Source of the DNA: Mycobacteriales bacterium
GTDB lineage: Bacteria > Actinomycetota > Actinomycetes > JAFAQI01
Length of the DNA: 64,000 nt
Assembly: GCA_036267755.1 (NCBI GenBank)
Contig: DATAVK010000077.1
Span: forward strand, 7,855-71,854
Direction: 5' to 3'
Below, piece by piece: positions 54,045-64,000 of the stretch; the first letter of the stretch is position 1, and every line of letters begins with the position of its first letter. Under the pieces are notes generated by a model. The model was not told where the DNA came from. It searched no databases and saw only the letters and a list, made by a program, of their open reading frames with translations. Position numbers and translations under genes: made by a program.

Positions 54045-55238
54045 GTGCCCGAACCCTTGCCGCCGGTCCCGGCCACCGGGGCCTGGCGGGACGGCGATCC
54101 GCCGGGTGACCGGCGGTTCGTCGACCTTCCCGGTCGCCTCTTGCTCGAGGCCGGCGGAGAGCTCCCGAGTGTCCGGGTCGCGTACGAGACCTGGGGGACG
54201 CTCTCCCCGCGTCGCGACAACGCCGTCCTGGTGCTGCATGCTTTGACCGGCGACAGCCACCTCACCGGCCCGGTCGGGCCGGCGCATCGGGCCCCCGGAT
54301 GGTGGGCCGCCATGGTGGGGCCCGGCCGCCCGCTCGACCCTGACCGCTGGTTCCTGGTCTGTCCCAACGTGCTCGGTGGCTGCCAGGGCACGACCGGCCC
54401 GTCATCGCCAGCGCCGGACGGGAAGCCGTGGGGGTCGCGGTTCCCCGAGATCACCGTCCGCGACCAGGTGGCCGTCGAGCGGTCGTTCATGGACGTGTTG
54501 GGGATCCCGCGCTGGGCGTCCGTCGTGGGTGGCTCGATGGGTGGGATGCGGGCGCTCGAATGGCTGATCGGCCACCGGGACCGAGTCGACTCCGGGCTGG
54601 TGCTGGCCGTCGGCGCCTACAGCACGGCCGACCAGATCGGGCTGCAGACGACGCAGCAACAAGCGATCCTGACCGATCCGGGGTACGCCGGCGGCGACTA
54701 CCACGACGCCCCCGACGGCGAGGGGCCGCATCGTGGGATGGGGGTGGCCCGCCGGATCGCGCACCTGTCCTACCGCAGCGAGTTCGAGCTGGGGGAGCGC
54801 TTCGGGCGCTCGCCGCAGGACAACGAGGACGTGCTCCGCGGTGGTCGCTACGCCGTACAGTCCTATCTCGACCATCACGCCGACAAGCTCGCGCGCCGCT
54901 TCGATGCGGGCAGCTACATGGTGTTGACGCAAGCGATGAACACCCACGACGTCGGACGCGATCGCGGCGGCGTGGCCGCGGCACTCGGCCAGATCGAGGC
55001 ACCTGTCGTCGTCGCCGGGATCGACAGCGACCGGCTGTACCCGATCCACCTGCAGCAGGAGATCGCCTTGCTCACCCCGACCTCGGACGGGTTGCGGACG
55101 GTCCGGTCGCCGTACGGTCATGACGGCTTCCTGGTCGAGACCGAGGCGGTCGGAGACCTGCTGCGGGAAACCCTCGATCTGGCGCCGGCCGCGCGCTCAG
55201 CCCAACGCGACCTGAGGGCCGCGACCGAGCCTCGCTGA
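54045..55238 (+). CDS. metX: homoserine O-acetyltransferase
   Basis: Alpha/beta-hydrolase MetX motifs ([23 protein letters not shown]). GTG start. Confidence 0.9.
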   Translation: MPEPLPPVPATGAWRDGDPPGDRRFVDLPGRLLLEAGGELPSVRVAYETWGTLSPRRDNAVLVLHALTGDSHLTGPVGPAHRAPGWWAAMVGPGRPLDPDRWFLVCPNVLGGCQGTTGPSSPAPDGKPWGSRFPEITVRDQVAVERSFMDVLGIPRWASVVGGSMGGMRALEWLIGHRDRVDSGLVLAVGAYSTADQIGLQTTQQQAILTDPGYAGGDYHDAPDGEGPHRGMGVARRIAHLSYRSEFELGERFGRSPQDNEDVLRGGRYAVQSYLDHHADKLARRFDAGSYMVLTQAMNTHDVGRDRGGVAAALGQIEAPVVVAGIDSDRLYPIHLQQEIALLTPTSDGLRTVRSPYGHDGFLVETEAVGDLLRETLDLAPAARSAQRDLRAATEPR

Positions 55239-55246
55239 GGAGGAGC

Positions 55247-55645
55247 ATGCCCGCCATCCATAAGGTCAACGTCCCAGGACTCGAGCGACTCCCTGCCTTC
55301 AGCCACGCGACCGTTGTCGGTGACCAGGTCTTCGTGTCCGGAACCCTCGGATTCCCGCCAGGGTCAGATCATCTGATCGACGGCGGGACGGCGGCCGAGA
55401 CCACGCAGACGTTGCGCAACATCGAGACAGTGCTAGCGAGCTGCGGGTGCTCGCTGGCCGACGTGGCCAAGGTCAACGTGTACCTCACCGACATGAGCAC
55501 GTTCCCCGCCATGAACGAGGCCTACATCGCGGCCTTTGGGGACGACCCGCCGGCACGGATCACCATCGGGTGCAACGGGCTCGCGCTCGGCGCCGCCGTC
55601 GAGATCGACTGCATCGCCTTCGTCCCGGCCGGCGACGGGTCCTGA
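55247..55645 (+). CDS. RidA/YjgF family reactive-intermediate deaminase
   Basis: 132 aa with RidA motifs (GDQVFVSGTLG, AKVNVYLTD). Confidence 0.85.
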   Translation: MPAIHKVNVPGLERLPAFSHATVVGDQVFVSGTLGFPPGSDHLIDGGTAAETTQTLRNIETVLASCGCSLADVAKVNVYLTDMSTFPAMNEAYIAAFGDDPPARITIGCNGLALGAAVEIDCIAFVPAGDGS

Positions 55646-55661
55646 GCCGGGACGTTGGTCG

Positions 55662-56225
55662 TCAGGCCGGCGTGCCGACCAGTTGCACACCGGCCTCGCG
55701 GAGCTCGTCGACCGTGGTCGCGGCGGTGGTCGGCGAGACCGCCGCCGTGAGGTCGAGCAGCACCGTCGTCTCGAAGCCTTCTCGGGCCGCATCCAGCGCG
55801 GTCGCCCGCACGCAGTAGTCGGTCGCAATGCCGACCACGTCGACGTGATCGACGCTGTGTTCACGTAGCCAGTCGGCGAGCAGGGTGCCCTGCGGGTCGC
55901 GCCCCTCGAAGCCGCTGTACGCCGCGGCGTGTCGACCCTTGTCGAACACCGCGTCGACGCGCTGGGTGTCGAACGCCGGGTGCAGCTCGGAGCCCGCCGT
56001 ACCGACCCGGCAGTGCGGCGGCCAGCTGTCTACGAAATCGGGGTGGTCGGAGAAGTGGCTCCCCGGGTCGAGGTGCATGTCGCGGGTGGCGGCGACCGCG
56101 TCGTAACTGGTGGCGGCCAGCATCGCGCTGATCCCGGCCGCGACTGCCGCTCCACCGTCGACCGCGAGCGATCCGCCCTCGCAGAAATCGTTTTGTACGT
56201 CGACGACGATCAGCGCGCGGGTCAT
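55662..56225 (-). CDS. pncA: nicotinamidase/pyrazinamidase
   Basis: Near-collinear with M. tuberculosis PncA (ALIVVDVQNDFCEGGSLAV, SWPPHC, VVGIATDYCV). Confidence 0.9.
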   Translation of the reverse strand: MTRALIVVDVQNDFCEGGSLAVDGGAAVAAGISAMLAATSYDAVAATRDMHLDPGSHFSDHPDFVDSWPPHCRVGTAGSELHPAFDTQRVDAVFDKGRHAAAYSGFEGRDPQGTLLADWLREHSVDHVDVVGIATDYCVRATALDAAREGFETTVLLDLTAAVSPTTAATTVDELREAGVQLVGTPA

Positions 56226-57544
56226 GGTGGAGCCTCCTCGTGGACGGTCGGGATCGCGGGATCACCCTGCGAGAGCTTCAACGCCTCGGGCGGAAGTGCG
56301 TCCCGCGAGGCGCGGCAGTGCTTCCGGGCGTCGGCGAGCGCCGCGATCTCGAGCGGCTCGCCGTCGCGCATCACGGGGATCTGCAGGGCTCGCTCGTCGT
56401 CGCGGGTGGCCGTCGTCGGGCCGGTTCGCACCACCTCGAGCAGCGCCATACCCGAGTCGTCGTGGCGTCGCGTCGCATGCTTTCGGCCGCCGTGGGAGAT
56501 CTTGCCCGGCGAGCGCTTCTCGACCGCTTCCATCGTGCCGTCGCTGCGTTCCCGCGCGACCAGCTTGTAGACGAAGCCGGCGGTGGGAGCACCACTGCCC
56601 GTGACGATCGACGTACCGACGCCGTAGGCATCCACGGGTGCCGAGGCGAGCCCTGCGATCGCGAACTCGTCGAGGTCGCCGGTCACGACGATGCGCGTGT
56701 CCCGTGCGCCGAGCTCGTCGAGCAGCCGGCGTACCTGGTGGGCCTCCAACGCGAGGTCGCCGGAGTCCAGCCGCACCGCACCGAGCGACCGGCCGGCGGC
56801 CTCGACCGCCCGGCGGATGCCTTGCGTCACGTCGAAGGTGTCGACCAGCAGGGTCGTCCCCGCGCCCAACGACGCGACCTGGGCCCGGAACGCACTGAGC
56901 TCGTCGTCGTGCACCAGCGTGAACGCGTGGGCGGCGGTGCCGGCGGTCGGCACCCCCCACTCCCGCCCGGCCTGCAGGTTGGACGTGGTCGCGAAACCAG
57001 CGAGGTAGGCGGCGCGGGCGGCCGCGACCGCTGATGCTTCGTGGGTGCGCCGCGAGCCCATCTCGATGCACGGCCGGTCGTCCGCAGCGACGATCATGCG
57101 TGCCGCAGCGCTGGCGACCGCGCTGTCGTGGTTGAGGACCGACAGCACCAGCGTCTCGAGAACGACGCACTCGGCGAAGCCGCCCTCGACGGTGAGCACG
57201 GGCGAGTCCGGCAGGTAGACCTCACCCTCGGCGTAGGCATCGACCGAGCCGGAGAACCGGTACGACTTGAGCCATTGCCTCGTCTCTGCGTCGACGATGT
57301 CGTGCGCGTCGAGAAAGTCCAGCGTGTCGTCGTCGAAACGGAACTCTGGGAGCAGCTGCACCAGCCGGCCGAGGCCGGCCACCACGCCGTACCGGCGTCG
57401 GCGGGGCAGCGATCGGGCGAAGACCTCGAAGACGCAGCGCCGATCGGCCGCTCCGCTGCCCAGCGCGGCCTGGACCATGGTCAGCTCATACTGATCGGTG
57501 AGCAACGCGGTCGAGCCCGCCCGATCCGGAGGGGATGCGCCCAC
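56222..57544 (-). CDS. pncB: nicotinate phosphoribosyltransferase
   Basis: PncB N-terminal motif ALLTDQYELTM. Stop overlaps the pncA start. Confidence 0.9.
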   Translation of the reverse strand: MGASPPDRAGSTALLTDQYELTMVQAALGSGAADRRCVFEVFARSLPRRRRYGVVAGLGRLVQLLPEFRFDDDTLDFLDAHDIVDAETRQWLKSYRFSGSVDAYAEGEVYLPDSPVLTVEGGFAECVVLETLVLSVLNHDSAVASAAARMIVAADDRPCIEMGSRRTHEASAVAAARAAYLAGFATTSNLQAGREWGVPTAGTAAHAFTLVHDDELSAFRAQVASLGAGTTLLVDTFDVTQGIRRAVEAAGRSLGAVRLDSGDLALEAHQVRRLLDELGARDTRIVVTGDLDEFAIAGLASAPVDAYGVGTSIVTGSGAPTAGFVYKLVARERSDGTMEAVEKRSPGKISHGGRKHATRRHDDSGMALLEVVRTGPTTATRDDERALQIPVMRDGEPLEIAALADARKHCRASRDALPPEALKLSQGDPAIPTVHEEAPP

Positions 57545-57596
57545 ACATCGACCCTAGTCGGCGCCACCCGCGCCTCGAAGATGAGACGATGGCGTC

Positions 57597-57887
57597 ATGT
57601 CGGCGCCGACCGTCGAACGCACCGAGCGACCTGACACCCATGACGTCGTCGAACCCGATCGTCCGTGGGTCACGATCGTCTGGAACGACCCCGTCAACCT
57701 GATGAGCTACGTGACGTGGGTCTTCCAGAAGCTCTTCGGCTACAGCAAGGAGAAGGCGACCAGCTTGATGCTCGACGTCCACCACAAGGGCCGGGCAACG
57801 GTCTCGTCCGGTACCCGCGAGCAGATGGAGCGCGATGTCACGCGGCTGCACACCGCGGGACTGTGGGCGACGTTGCAGCAGGACTGA
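57597..57887 (+). CDS. clpS: ATP-dependent Clp protease adaptor ClpS
   Basis: 96 aa with ClpS core ([26 protein letters not shown]). Confidence 0.9.
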   Translation: MSAPTVERTERPDTHDVVEPDRPWVTIVWNDPVNLMSYVTWVFQKLFGYSKEKATSLMLDVHHKGRATVSSGTREQMERDVTRLHTAGLWATLQQD

Positions 57888-57888
57888 G

Positions 57889-58452
57889 ATGGCGTCGGTA
57901 CGGCGGAAGGGCGACGCCATTCGCGTCGAGCTCAAGCCGGAGGAGGCCGCCCTGCTCCGGGTTCTGGTCGGCGAGGTGCTCCGGTTGCTCGATCCCGGCC
58001 CGGCCGAGACCGGCGCCGACCCGCTTGAGGAGCTGACCGGCATGTCGTCACAGCCGGTCGAGTCCCCGACCGATCCGGCGCTACAGCGGCTGCTTCCCGA
58101 CGCCTACGCCGAGGACGACGTCGCCGCCCGAGAGTTCCGTCGGCTGACCGACTCGGACCTGCGGGGCGCAAAACGTGAGGCCCTGCAGCACATCGTCGAC
58201 TCACTCGCGACCGGCCAGCCGACCCGCTCGGGTGCTTCCCGCTTCGTGCTTGACCAGGCGAGCGCGGCCGCGTGGTTGCCGGCGCTCACCGACGTACGCC
58301 TCGTGGTCGCCTCGCGGCTCGGGATCGAGGAGGACATCGACCTGGAACGGATGGCGGTCGACCCCGATACGGCCCGGTTCGACGAGATCGCGCTCTACGA
58401 CTGGCTGTCCTATCTGCAGGAGGCGCTGGTCCACGCCGTCGCCGGCGACTGA
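57889..58452 (+). CDS. DUF2017-family protein (conserved clpS neighbour in actinobacteria)
   Basis: ATG at 57889 immediately after the clpS stop. Acidic, helical protein. Synteny with clpS. Confidence 0.6.
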   Translation: MASVRRKGDAIRVELKPEEAALLRVLVGEVLRLLDPGPAETGADPLEELTGMSSQPVESPTDPALQRLLPDAYAEDDVAAREFRRLTDSDLRGAKREALQHIVDSLATGQPTRSGASRFVLDQASAAAWLPALTDVRLVVASRLGIEEDIDLERMAVDPDTARFDEIALYDWLSYLQEALVHAVAGD

Positions 58453-58464
58453 CCCACCCCCCTG

Positions 58465-58541
58465 GCGATGATCATGACGCTCTCGTCGCGAAACACCGAC
58501 GGCTCGCCTGCGCGTTCCGACGAAAGCGTCATGATCATCGC
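58465..58541. terminator. long inverted repeat (24-bp arms, 1 mismatch; core ATGATCATGACGCT) between convergent genes
   Basis: GCGATGATCATGACGCTCTCGTCG ... CGACGAAAGCGTCATGATCATCGC with a 29-nt loop, seen directly in sequence. Overlaps the 3' end of the phosphatase gene. Confidence 0.5.
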
Positions 58542-59068
58542 GAGAGGCGGTACTCCCAGCCCGGCTGCCAAGTGAATGGCGACGCGAGCGACTCCGCCAG
58601 CGCCACGTTGTCCACCACCTCATCGAGTGCCCACTTGGTAACCGAGTGACCGATCACGAGGATGCGCTGCCCGTCGTAGCGGATCCGGACGTCGTCGAGC
58701 CAGGACATGACCCGGTCCGCGGCTTGCCGCCAGCTCTCGCCATCCGGATACGGGTCGTGCAGGTGCTCGGGGACGTTCAGGTCGCCGACGGCCGCACCGT
58801 TGAGCCGGCCGTAGTTGCACTCGCGCAGTCGCGGGTCCACGAGTACGGGCGCGCTGGCGCCGGCGAAAGCGATCTCGCTGGTCTCGACCGCGCGCCTCAG
58901 GTCTGAGCTGCACACCGCGTCGATGTCGTCTTCCCGCCGCCGCAGGCCCAGCTGGCGAGCCTGCTCGCGGCCGGCCGCCGACAGCTCGCCCGGCAACCAG
59001 CCGGTCGCGCGGCCGGTCTCGTTGTCGACGGTGGTCGCGTGGGTCTCGAAAACCACGCTCAGCGCCAC
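58535..59068 (-). CDS. histidine phosphatase family (phosphoglycerate mutase-like) protein
   Basis: Motifs LSVVFETHATT...GR and SSDLRRAVETS. GTG start chosen at 59068. The ORF's N-terminal extension to 59176 would overlap mec. Confidence 0.7.
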   Translation of the reverse strand: MALSVVFETHATTVDNETGRATGWLPGELSAAGREQARQLGLRRREDDIDAVCSSDLRRAVETSEIAFAGASAPVLVDPRLRECNYGRLNGAAVGDLNVPEHLHDPYPDGESWRQAADRVMSWLDDVRIRYDGQRILVIGHSVTKWALDEVVDNVALAESLASPFTWQPGWEYRLSR

Positions 59069-59116
59069 GCGGTCACGGTAGCCAGCGCGGGCTGCGGTCG
59101 TCGTACTCTCGCAGCC

Positions 59117-59524
59117 GTGCTGACCCTGACGCAGGAGTTGTACGACGCGATCGTCGCGCACGCGCGACGCGACCATCCGGATGAGGCGTGCGGGATCATC
59201 GCCGGGCCGGTCGGGTCGGATCGGGCGGAGCGCATCGTCCCGATGCTCAACGCCGAGCGGTCACCGACCTTCTACCGCTTCGACTCGATGGAGCAGCTGC
59301 GGGTCTGGCGGGAGATGGACGAGCGCGACGAGGAGCCGGTCGTCGTCTACCACTCGCACACGGCGACCGAGGCCTATCCCTCGCGCACGGACGTCGGGCT
59401 CGCCCAGGAGCCGGGCGCCCACTACGTCCTGGTCTCGACGCGTGAGCCGGACCAGACGGAGTTTCGCAGCTTCCGGATCCTGGACGGTGAGGTCAGCGAG
59501 GAGCCGATCGAGATCAGCGGTTGA
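59117..59524 (+). CDS. mec: JAMM/MPN+ metalloprotease Mec (CysO-thiocarboxylate/cysteine adduct hydrolase)
   Basis: JAMM motif (HSHTATEAYPSRTD) and EACG. Conserved position upstream of cysO-cysM. GTG at 59117. Alternative GTG at 59039. Confidence 0.8.
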   Translation: MLTLTQELYDAIVAHARRDHPDEACGIIAGPVGSDRAERIVPMLNAERSPTFYRFDSMEQLRVWREMDERDEEPVVVYHSHTATEAYPSRTDVGLAQEPGAHYVLVSTREPDQTEFRSFRILDGEVSEEPIEISG

Positions 59525-60805
<1,281 letters not shown>

Positions 60806-60810
60806 ACCCT

Positions 60811-60862
60811 CGGTTTGTGCAGGCTGCGCCGTCACCCGTTGCCGCAAAGTCTGCACAAACCG
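60811..60862. repeat. about 52-bp repeat copy 1 containing a perfect 12-bp stem hairpin (CGGTTTGTGCAG...CTGCACAAACCG), immediately after the cysM stop
   Basis: About 85% identical to the copy at 61878..61930. Stem-loop seen directly in sequence. Confidence 0.7.
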
Positions 60863-60933
60863 TCAAGACGCCGCTGTCCACAGATCTGTCGGAGGCGTTG
60901 AGAGCAACAGCGCCGTGACATGACGCTGGGTTG

Positions 60934-61935
60934 ATGCTCAATCCGCGGCGCGATGTCGGCCTCTTGCACCTCGGCCAGGACACCGGCGGAGCTGTGCATC
61001 TGGACGAGTGTCGGGCCGCCACTGTCGGCGACGACCGCACCGGATACCTCGTCGAATCCGGCCGTTGGCAGTCGCCGTACCCGCGCGTGTTCGTCACGTT
61101 CAGCGGCCCCATCCCTGCATTGACCAGGCAATATGCCGCTTTGCTGTACGCCGGCGAAGGTGCCGTCCTGAGCCACGAGACCGCGGGCGCAGGCTTCGCG
61201 CTGTGCCGAGAGCCCGAGCTGATTCACGTCACCGTGCCCTATACGCGGGAGGTGGAGGACCAATCGGGACTCAAGATCCACCGGTCCCGCACGCTGTGTC
61301 GCGACGACTGCCATCCCGCACTGTCGCCCGCGCGGACGACCGTTGAGCGGACGATCCTCGATCTGCTGCGTCATCGACGTACGGCGGATGCCGCCCTCGG
61401 ACTGGTCGCCGATGCACTTCGGTGCCGATTGACGACACCAGACCGGCTCCGCGCCGCTTTGGAGCAACGGCCGCGCACACGTTGGCGACGGGTGGTAGCC
61501 GCGGCATTGCCCGATCTGCAACGTGGGGCGCAATCCCCTCTTGAGATCCGCGACGCACGGATTAGGCGAGCCCACGGACTGCCGCCGGGGCGTCGACAGG
61601 TACGACGCTTGCGGGATGGCACGGAGTATCTCGACGTTGTGATCGAAGAATGGGGCCTGCATGTCGAACTGGACGGCCGGCTCGGCCACGACCGAGCTCG
61701 TGAAATCTGGAGGGACATGCGGCGGGACAACGCAAGCGAGGTTCGTGGCATGGCCCATCTGCGCTACGGCTGGGCCGACCTGGTCGATCGACCGTGCGAG
61801 GTAGCGAGGGAGCAGGCTCGAGTGTTGCGCCGCCGGGGCTGGTCGGGGCGATTTCGCCGCTGTCCGGCGTGCCCACTCGGATTTGTGAAGGGTGTGCCGT
61901 CACCGGTGGCCGCTAAGTCTGCACAAACCGAATAG
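60934..61935 (+). CDS. DUF559 (Vsr/restriction-endonuclease-like fold) protein with N-terminal AbiEi-like domain
   Basis: C-terminal DUF559 pattern (YLDVVIEEWGLHVELDGRLGHDRAREIWRDMRRDNASEVRGMAHLRYGW). The last 11 codons are encoded by repeat copy 2. TTG at 60931 is an alternative start. Confidence 0.65.
   Translation: MLNPRRDVGLLHLGQDTGGAVHLDECRAATVGDDRTGYLVESGRWQSPYPRVFVTFSGPIPALTRQYAALLYAGEGAVLSHETAGAGFALCREPELIHVTVPYTREVEDQSGLKIHRSRTLCRDDCHPALSPARTTVERTILDLLRHRRTADAALGLVADALRCRLTTPDRLRAALEQRPRTRWRRVVAAALPDLQRGAQSPLEIRDARIRRAHGLPPGRRQVRRLRDGTEYLDVVIEEWGLHVELDGRLGHDRAREIWRDMRRDNASEVRGMAHLRYGWADLVDRPCEVAREQARVLRRRGWSGRFRRCPACPLGFVKGVPSPVAAKSAQTE
61878..61930. repeat. about 53-bp repeat copy 2 (CGGATTTGTGAAG...GCCGCTAAGTCTGCACAAACCG), degenerate hairpin
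   Basis: Direct repeat of 60811..60862. Forms the 3' end of the DUF559 ORF, just upstream of murI. Confidence 0.7.
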
Positions 61936-61944
61936 ATTGGGGGG

Positions 61945-62778
61945 GTGGATGCACCGCTCGGCATCTTCGACAGCGGGGTCGGAGGCCTGACCGTCGCCCG
62001 CGCCGTGTTGGACCAACTCCCGGCGGAACGCATCGTCTACGTCGGCGACACTGCCCACCAGCCGTACGGGCCGCGCCGGATCGCGGACGTCCGCCGGCTC
62101 GCCCTCGAGGTGATGGATGCGCTCGTCTCCGAGCACGGTGTGAAGCTGCTCGTCATCGCCTGCAACTCCGCCAGCGCCGCCTGCCTGCGCGACGCCCGCG
62201 AGCGCTACGACATCGGTGTCGTCGAGGTGATCCAACCCGCGGTACGCCGGGCTGTGGCAGCGACCCGCAACGGCAAGATCGGCGTGCTCGGCACCCGCGC
62301 CACGATCGACAGCCAAGCGTACGACGATGCCTTCGCCGCGGCGCCGCACATCGAGCTCACGACAGTCGCCTGCCCGCGCTTCGTGGAGTTCGTCGAGCGC
62401 GGCGACACCAACAGCGCGGAGCTGTTGCAGGTCGCGCAGCAGTATCTGGCGCCGATCGTCCACGCCGGCTGCGACACCCTCGTCCTCGGCTGCACCCACT
62501 ACCCGCTGCTCACCGGCGTCATCTCCTATGTGGTGGGCGACGCGGTGACGCTGGTGTCCAGCGCGGAGGAGACCGCCAAGGACGTCTATCGCGAGCTCGC
62601 CCGCACCCAGGGCTTCCGCGATGAGGACCTGCCGCGTCCGGTTCACGAGTTCTTGTCGACGGGCGACCCGGAGCCGTTCGAGCGGCTGGGCCGGCGGTTT
62701 CTCGGGCCGGAGGTGGCCGCCGTCGCTCATGCCAGCCGCACCGAGGCCGGCCCCGGCCGCGCGGATCTCAGCGCGTGA
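61945..62778 (+). CDS. murI: glutamate racemase
   Basis: MurI motifs ([29 protein letters not shown]). GTG start after a G-rich stretch. Confidence 0.9.
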   Translation: MDAPLGIFDSGVGGLTVARAVLDQLPAERIVYVGDTAHQPYGPRRIADVRRLALEVMDALVSEHGVKLLVIACNSASAACLRDARERYDIGVVEVIQPAVRRAVAATRNGKIGVLGTRATIDSQAYDDAFAAAPHIELTTVACPRFVEFVERGDTNSAELLQVAQQYLAPIVHAGCDTLVLGCTHYPLLTGVISYVVGDAVTLVSSAEETAKDVYRELARTQGFRDEDLPRPVHEFLSTGDPEPFERLGRRFLGPEVAAVAHASRTEAGPGRADLSA

Positions 62779-63524
62779 GGTTGACCGTTGTCGGGTCGGC
62801 CGGCACCTTCCCGGGCCCGACCTCGGCCTGCTCGTCGTACCTCGTCGAGCACGAGGGATTCCGGCTGCTGCTCGATGTCGGGAACGGCTCGATCGGCGCG
62901 CTGCAGACCGCCTGCGGCCTGCTCGGCCCTGATGCGGTCATCGTCAGCCACCTCCACGGTGACCACTACCTCGACCTGGTGACCTGGACCTACGCCCGTC
63001 GTTACCACCCCGACGGAGCGGCGCCCGTGCTCCCGGTCTACGGCCCGCGCGACATCAAGCGCTCGGTCGCGGCCGCCTTCGGGCGAGACGTGACGTCCAT
63101 GCTCGACGAGGTGTACGACTTCCGCGGGCTGGATCACGACCAGCGGATCGAGGTCGGGCCGTTCACCGTGGACCTCGCCGAGGTGAACCACCCGGTAGAG
63201 ACCTATGCGATGCGGGTCAGCGCCGGCGGCCGGTCCCTCACCTACAGCGCCGACTCCGGAGTCTGCGACGCCCTCATCAACCTGGCCAGCGAAACCGACA
63301 TGTTCCTCTGCGAGGCGTCGTACCTCGACGGTGAGGACAACCCGCCCGACATCCACCTCACCGGCCGGCAGGCTGCGGAGCACGCCACCAAAGCCGGGGT
63401 CGACCGGCTGCTGCTCACCCATCTGGTGCCCTGGGGTGACGAGGCCCGTACCCTCACTGAGGCTCACGGCGGCTTCGACAGCGAGATCGCCGTGGCACGG
63501 CCACTGGCCGTTTACGAGCTCTGA
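62775..63524 (+). CDS. MBL-fold metallo-hydrolase
   Basis: Metallo-beta-lactamase motif [10 protein letters not shown]. Conserved neighbour of murI/rph. GTG overlaps the murI stop. Confidence 0.8.
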   Translation: MRLTVVGSAGTFPGPTSACSSYLVEHEGFRLLLDVGNGSIGALQTACGLLGPDAVIVSHLHGDHYLDLVTWTYARRYHPDGAAPVLPVYGPRDIKRSVAAAFGRDVTSMLDEVYDFRGLDHDQRIEVGPFTVDLAEVNHPVETYAMRVSAGGRSLTYSADSGVCDALINLASETDMFLCEASYLDGEDNPPDIHLTGRQAAEHATKAGVDRLLLTHLVPWGDEARTLTEAHGGFDSEIAVARPLAVYEL

Positions 63525-63558
63525 CGAGCCCCGACGAAACTGCGACGAGAGGTACGAC

Positions 63559-64000
63559 GTGAGCGACTCAGCCGGGACCGGACGACCCGGAGGCCGCGCC
63601 GACGACGCGTTGCGCCCGGTCACCATCACGCGTCGCTGGCTCGACCACGCGGAGGGTTCGGTGCTCGTGGAGTTCGGGCGCACCCGGGTGCTGTGCGCGG
63701 CGTCGGTCACCGAAGGCGTGCCCAGATGGCGAAAGGGCAGCGGCCTGGGCTGGGTGACCGCCGAGTACGCGATGTTGCCGCGAGCTACCCACACCCGCAG
63801 CGACCGTGAGTCGGTCAAGGGCCGAATCGGCGGCCGCACCCACGAGATCTCCCGGCTGGTCGGCCGCTCGCTGCGCGCCGCCGTCGACTACAAGGCGCTC
63901 GGCGAGAACACGATCGTCATCGACTGCGATGTCCTGCAGGCCGATGGCGGGACCCGGACCGCCGCGATCACCGGCGCCTACGTCGCCCTGGCCGACGCCG
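63559..64000 (+). CDS. rph: ribonuclease PH, 3'-truncated at window edge
   Basis: Not in the ORF track because it has no stop. GTG at 63559 preceded by GAGAGG. Translation is near-collinear with RNase PH (LRPVTITR...[11 protein letters not shown]...[24 protein letters not shown]...[18 protein letters not shown]). Confidence 0.85.
   Translation, partial: MSDSAGTGRPGGRADDALRPVTITRRWLDHAEGSVLVEFGRTRVLCAASVTEGVPRWRKGSGLGWVTAEYAMLPRATHTRSDRESVKGRIGGRTHEISRLVGRSLRAAVDYKALGENTIVIDCDVLQADGGTRTAAITGAYVALADA

Noticed and set aside
60832-61758. 308-aa minus-strand ORF antisense to the DUF559 gene
   Set aside because: The plus-strand ORF shows the DUF559 C-terminal pattern and AbiEi-like N-terminus. 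The minus ORF has none.

Overview
This is a 64 kb window of high-GC (about 70%) actinobacterial chromosome, densely coding on both strands, with many start/stop overlaps typical of operons. The gene order clpS, DUF2017, mec, cysO, cysM, murI, MBL hydrolase, rph at the 3' end mirrors the Mycobacterium/Corynebacteriales-type block, so I take this to be chromosomal rather than plasmid. No rRNA, tRNA or CRISPR arrays were seen.

Content from 5' to 3':
- A first Liv-type (HAAT) ABC importer with gene order J-G-F-H-M.
- A rhodanese plus cysteine dioxygenase pair.
- A YqgE/AlgH protein, an aldose epimerase and an acyl-CoA synthetase.
- A 1037-aa secreted multi-domain protein convergent with a fatty-acid hydroxylase.
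- A five-gene operon: MauE-like, TlpA/MauD-like thioredoxin, a membrane protein, an unknown cytoplasmic protein, and a Tat-exported, hyper-cysteine-rich LGFP-repeat protein.
- A Tat-exported Gly/Ser/Tyr-repeat fibre-like protein.
- A second Liv-type ABC importer with gene order G-F-H-M-J.
- An isochorismatase-family hydrolase, an M24-like protein and a DipZ-like CcdA-thioredoxin fusion.
- A lower-GC, lysine-rich secreted S33 (TAP-like) peptidase.
- An aromatic catabolic island: LigAB-type extradiol dioxygenase; an IclR regulator; a CaiB-type CoA-transferase; a citryl-CoA-lyase-like protein; and a hydroxyquinol branch (FAD phenol-type monooxygenase, intradiol dioxygenase, maleylacetate reductase).
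- A His-rich secreted protein, a sirtuin, an MFS (UMF1) transporter, and an unusual PqqD-like domain fused to a Tat/TM segment and an extracellular Thr-rich domain.
- A nitronate monooxygenase, a GDH-like MDR dehydrogenase, a PadR plus membrane-protein unit, and an LCP protein.
- A clan GH-A glycosidase, and a LarA-like protein next to uxaC and a uxuB-like gene.
- metY-metX-ridA, pncA-pncB, and the conserved clpS...rph block, interrupted between cysM and murI by a DUF559 gene flanked by about 50-bp direct repeats.

The most interesting candidate for an undescribed system is the MauE/MauD-like disulfide-maturation module. It is operonic with a Tat-exported protein carrying about 22 cysteines in 145 residues followed by LGFP repeats.
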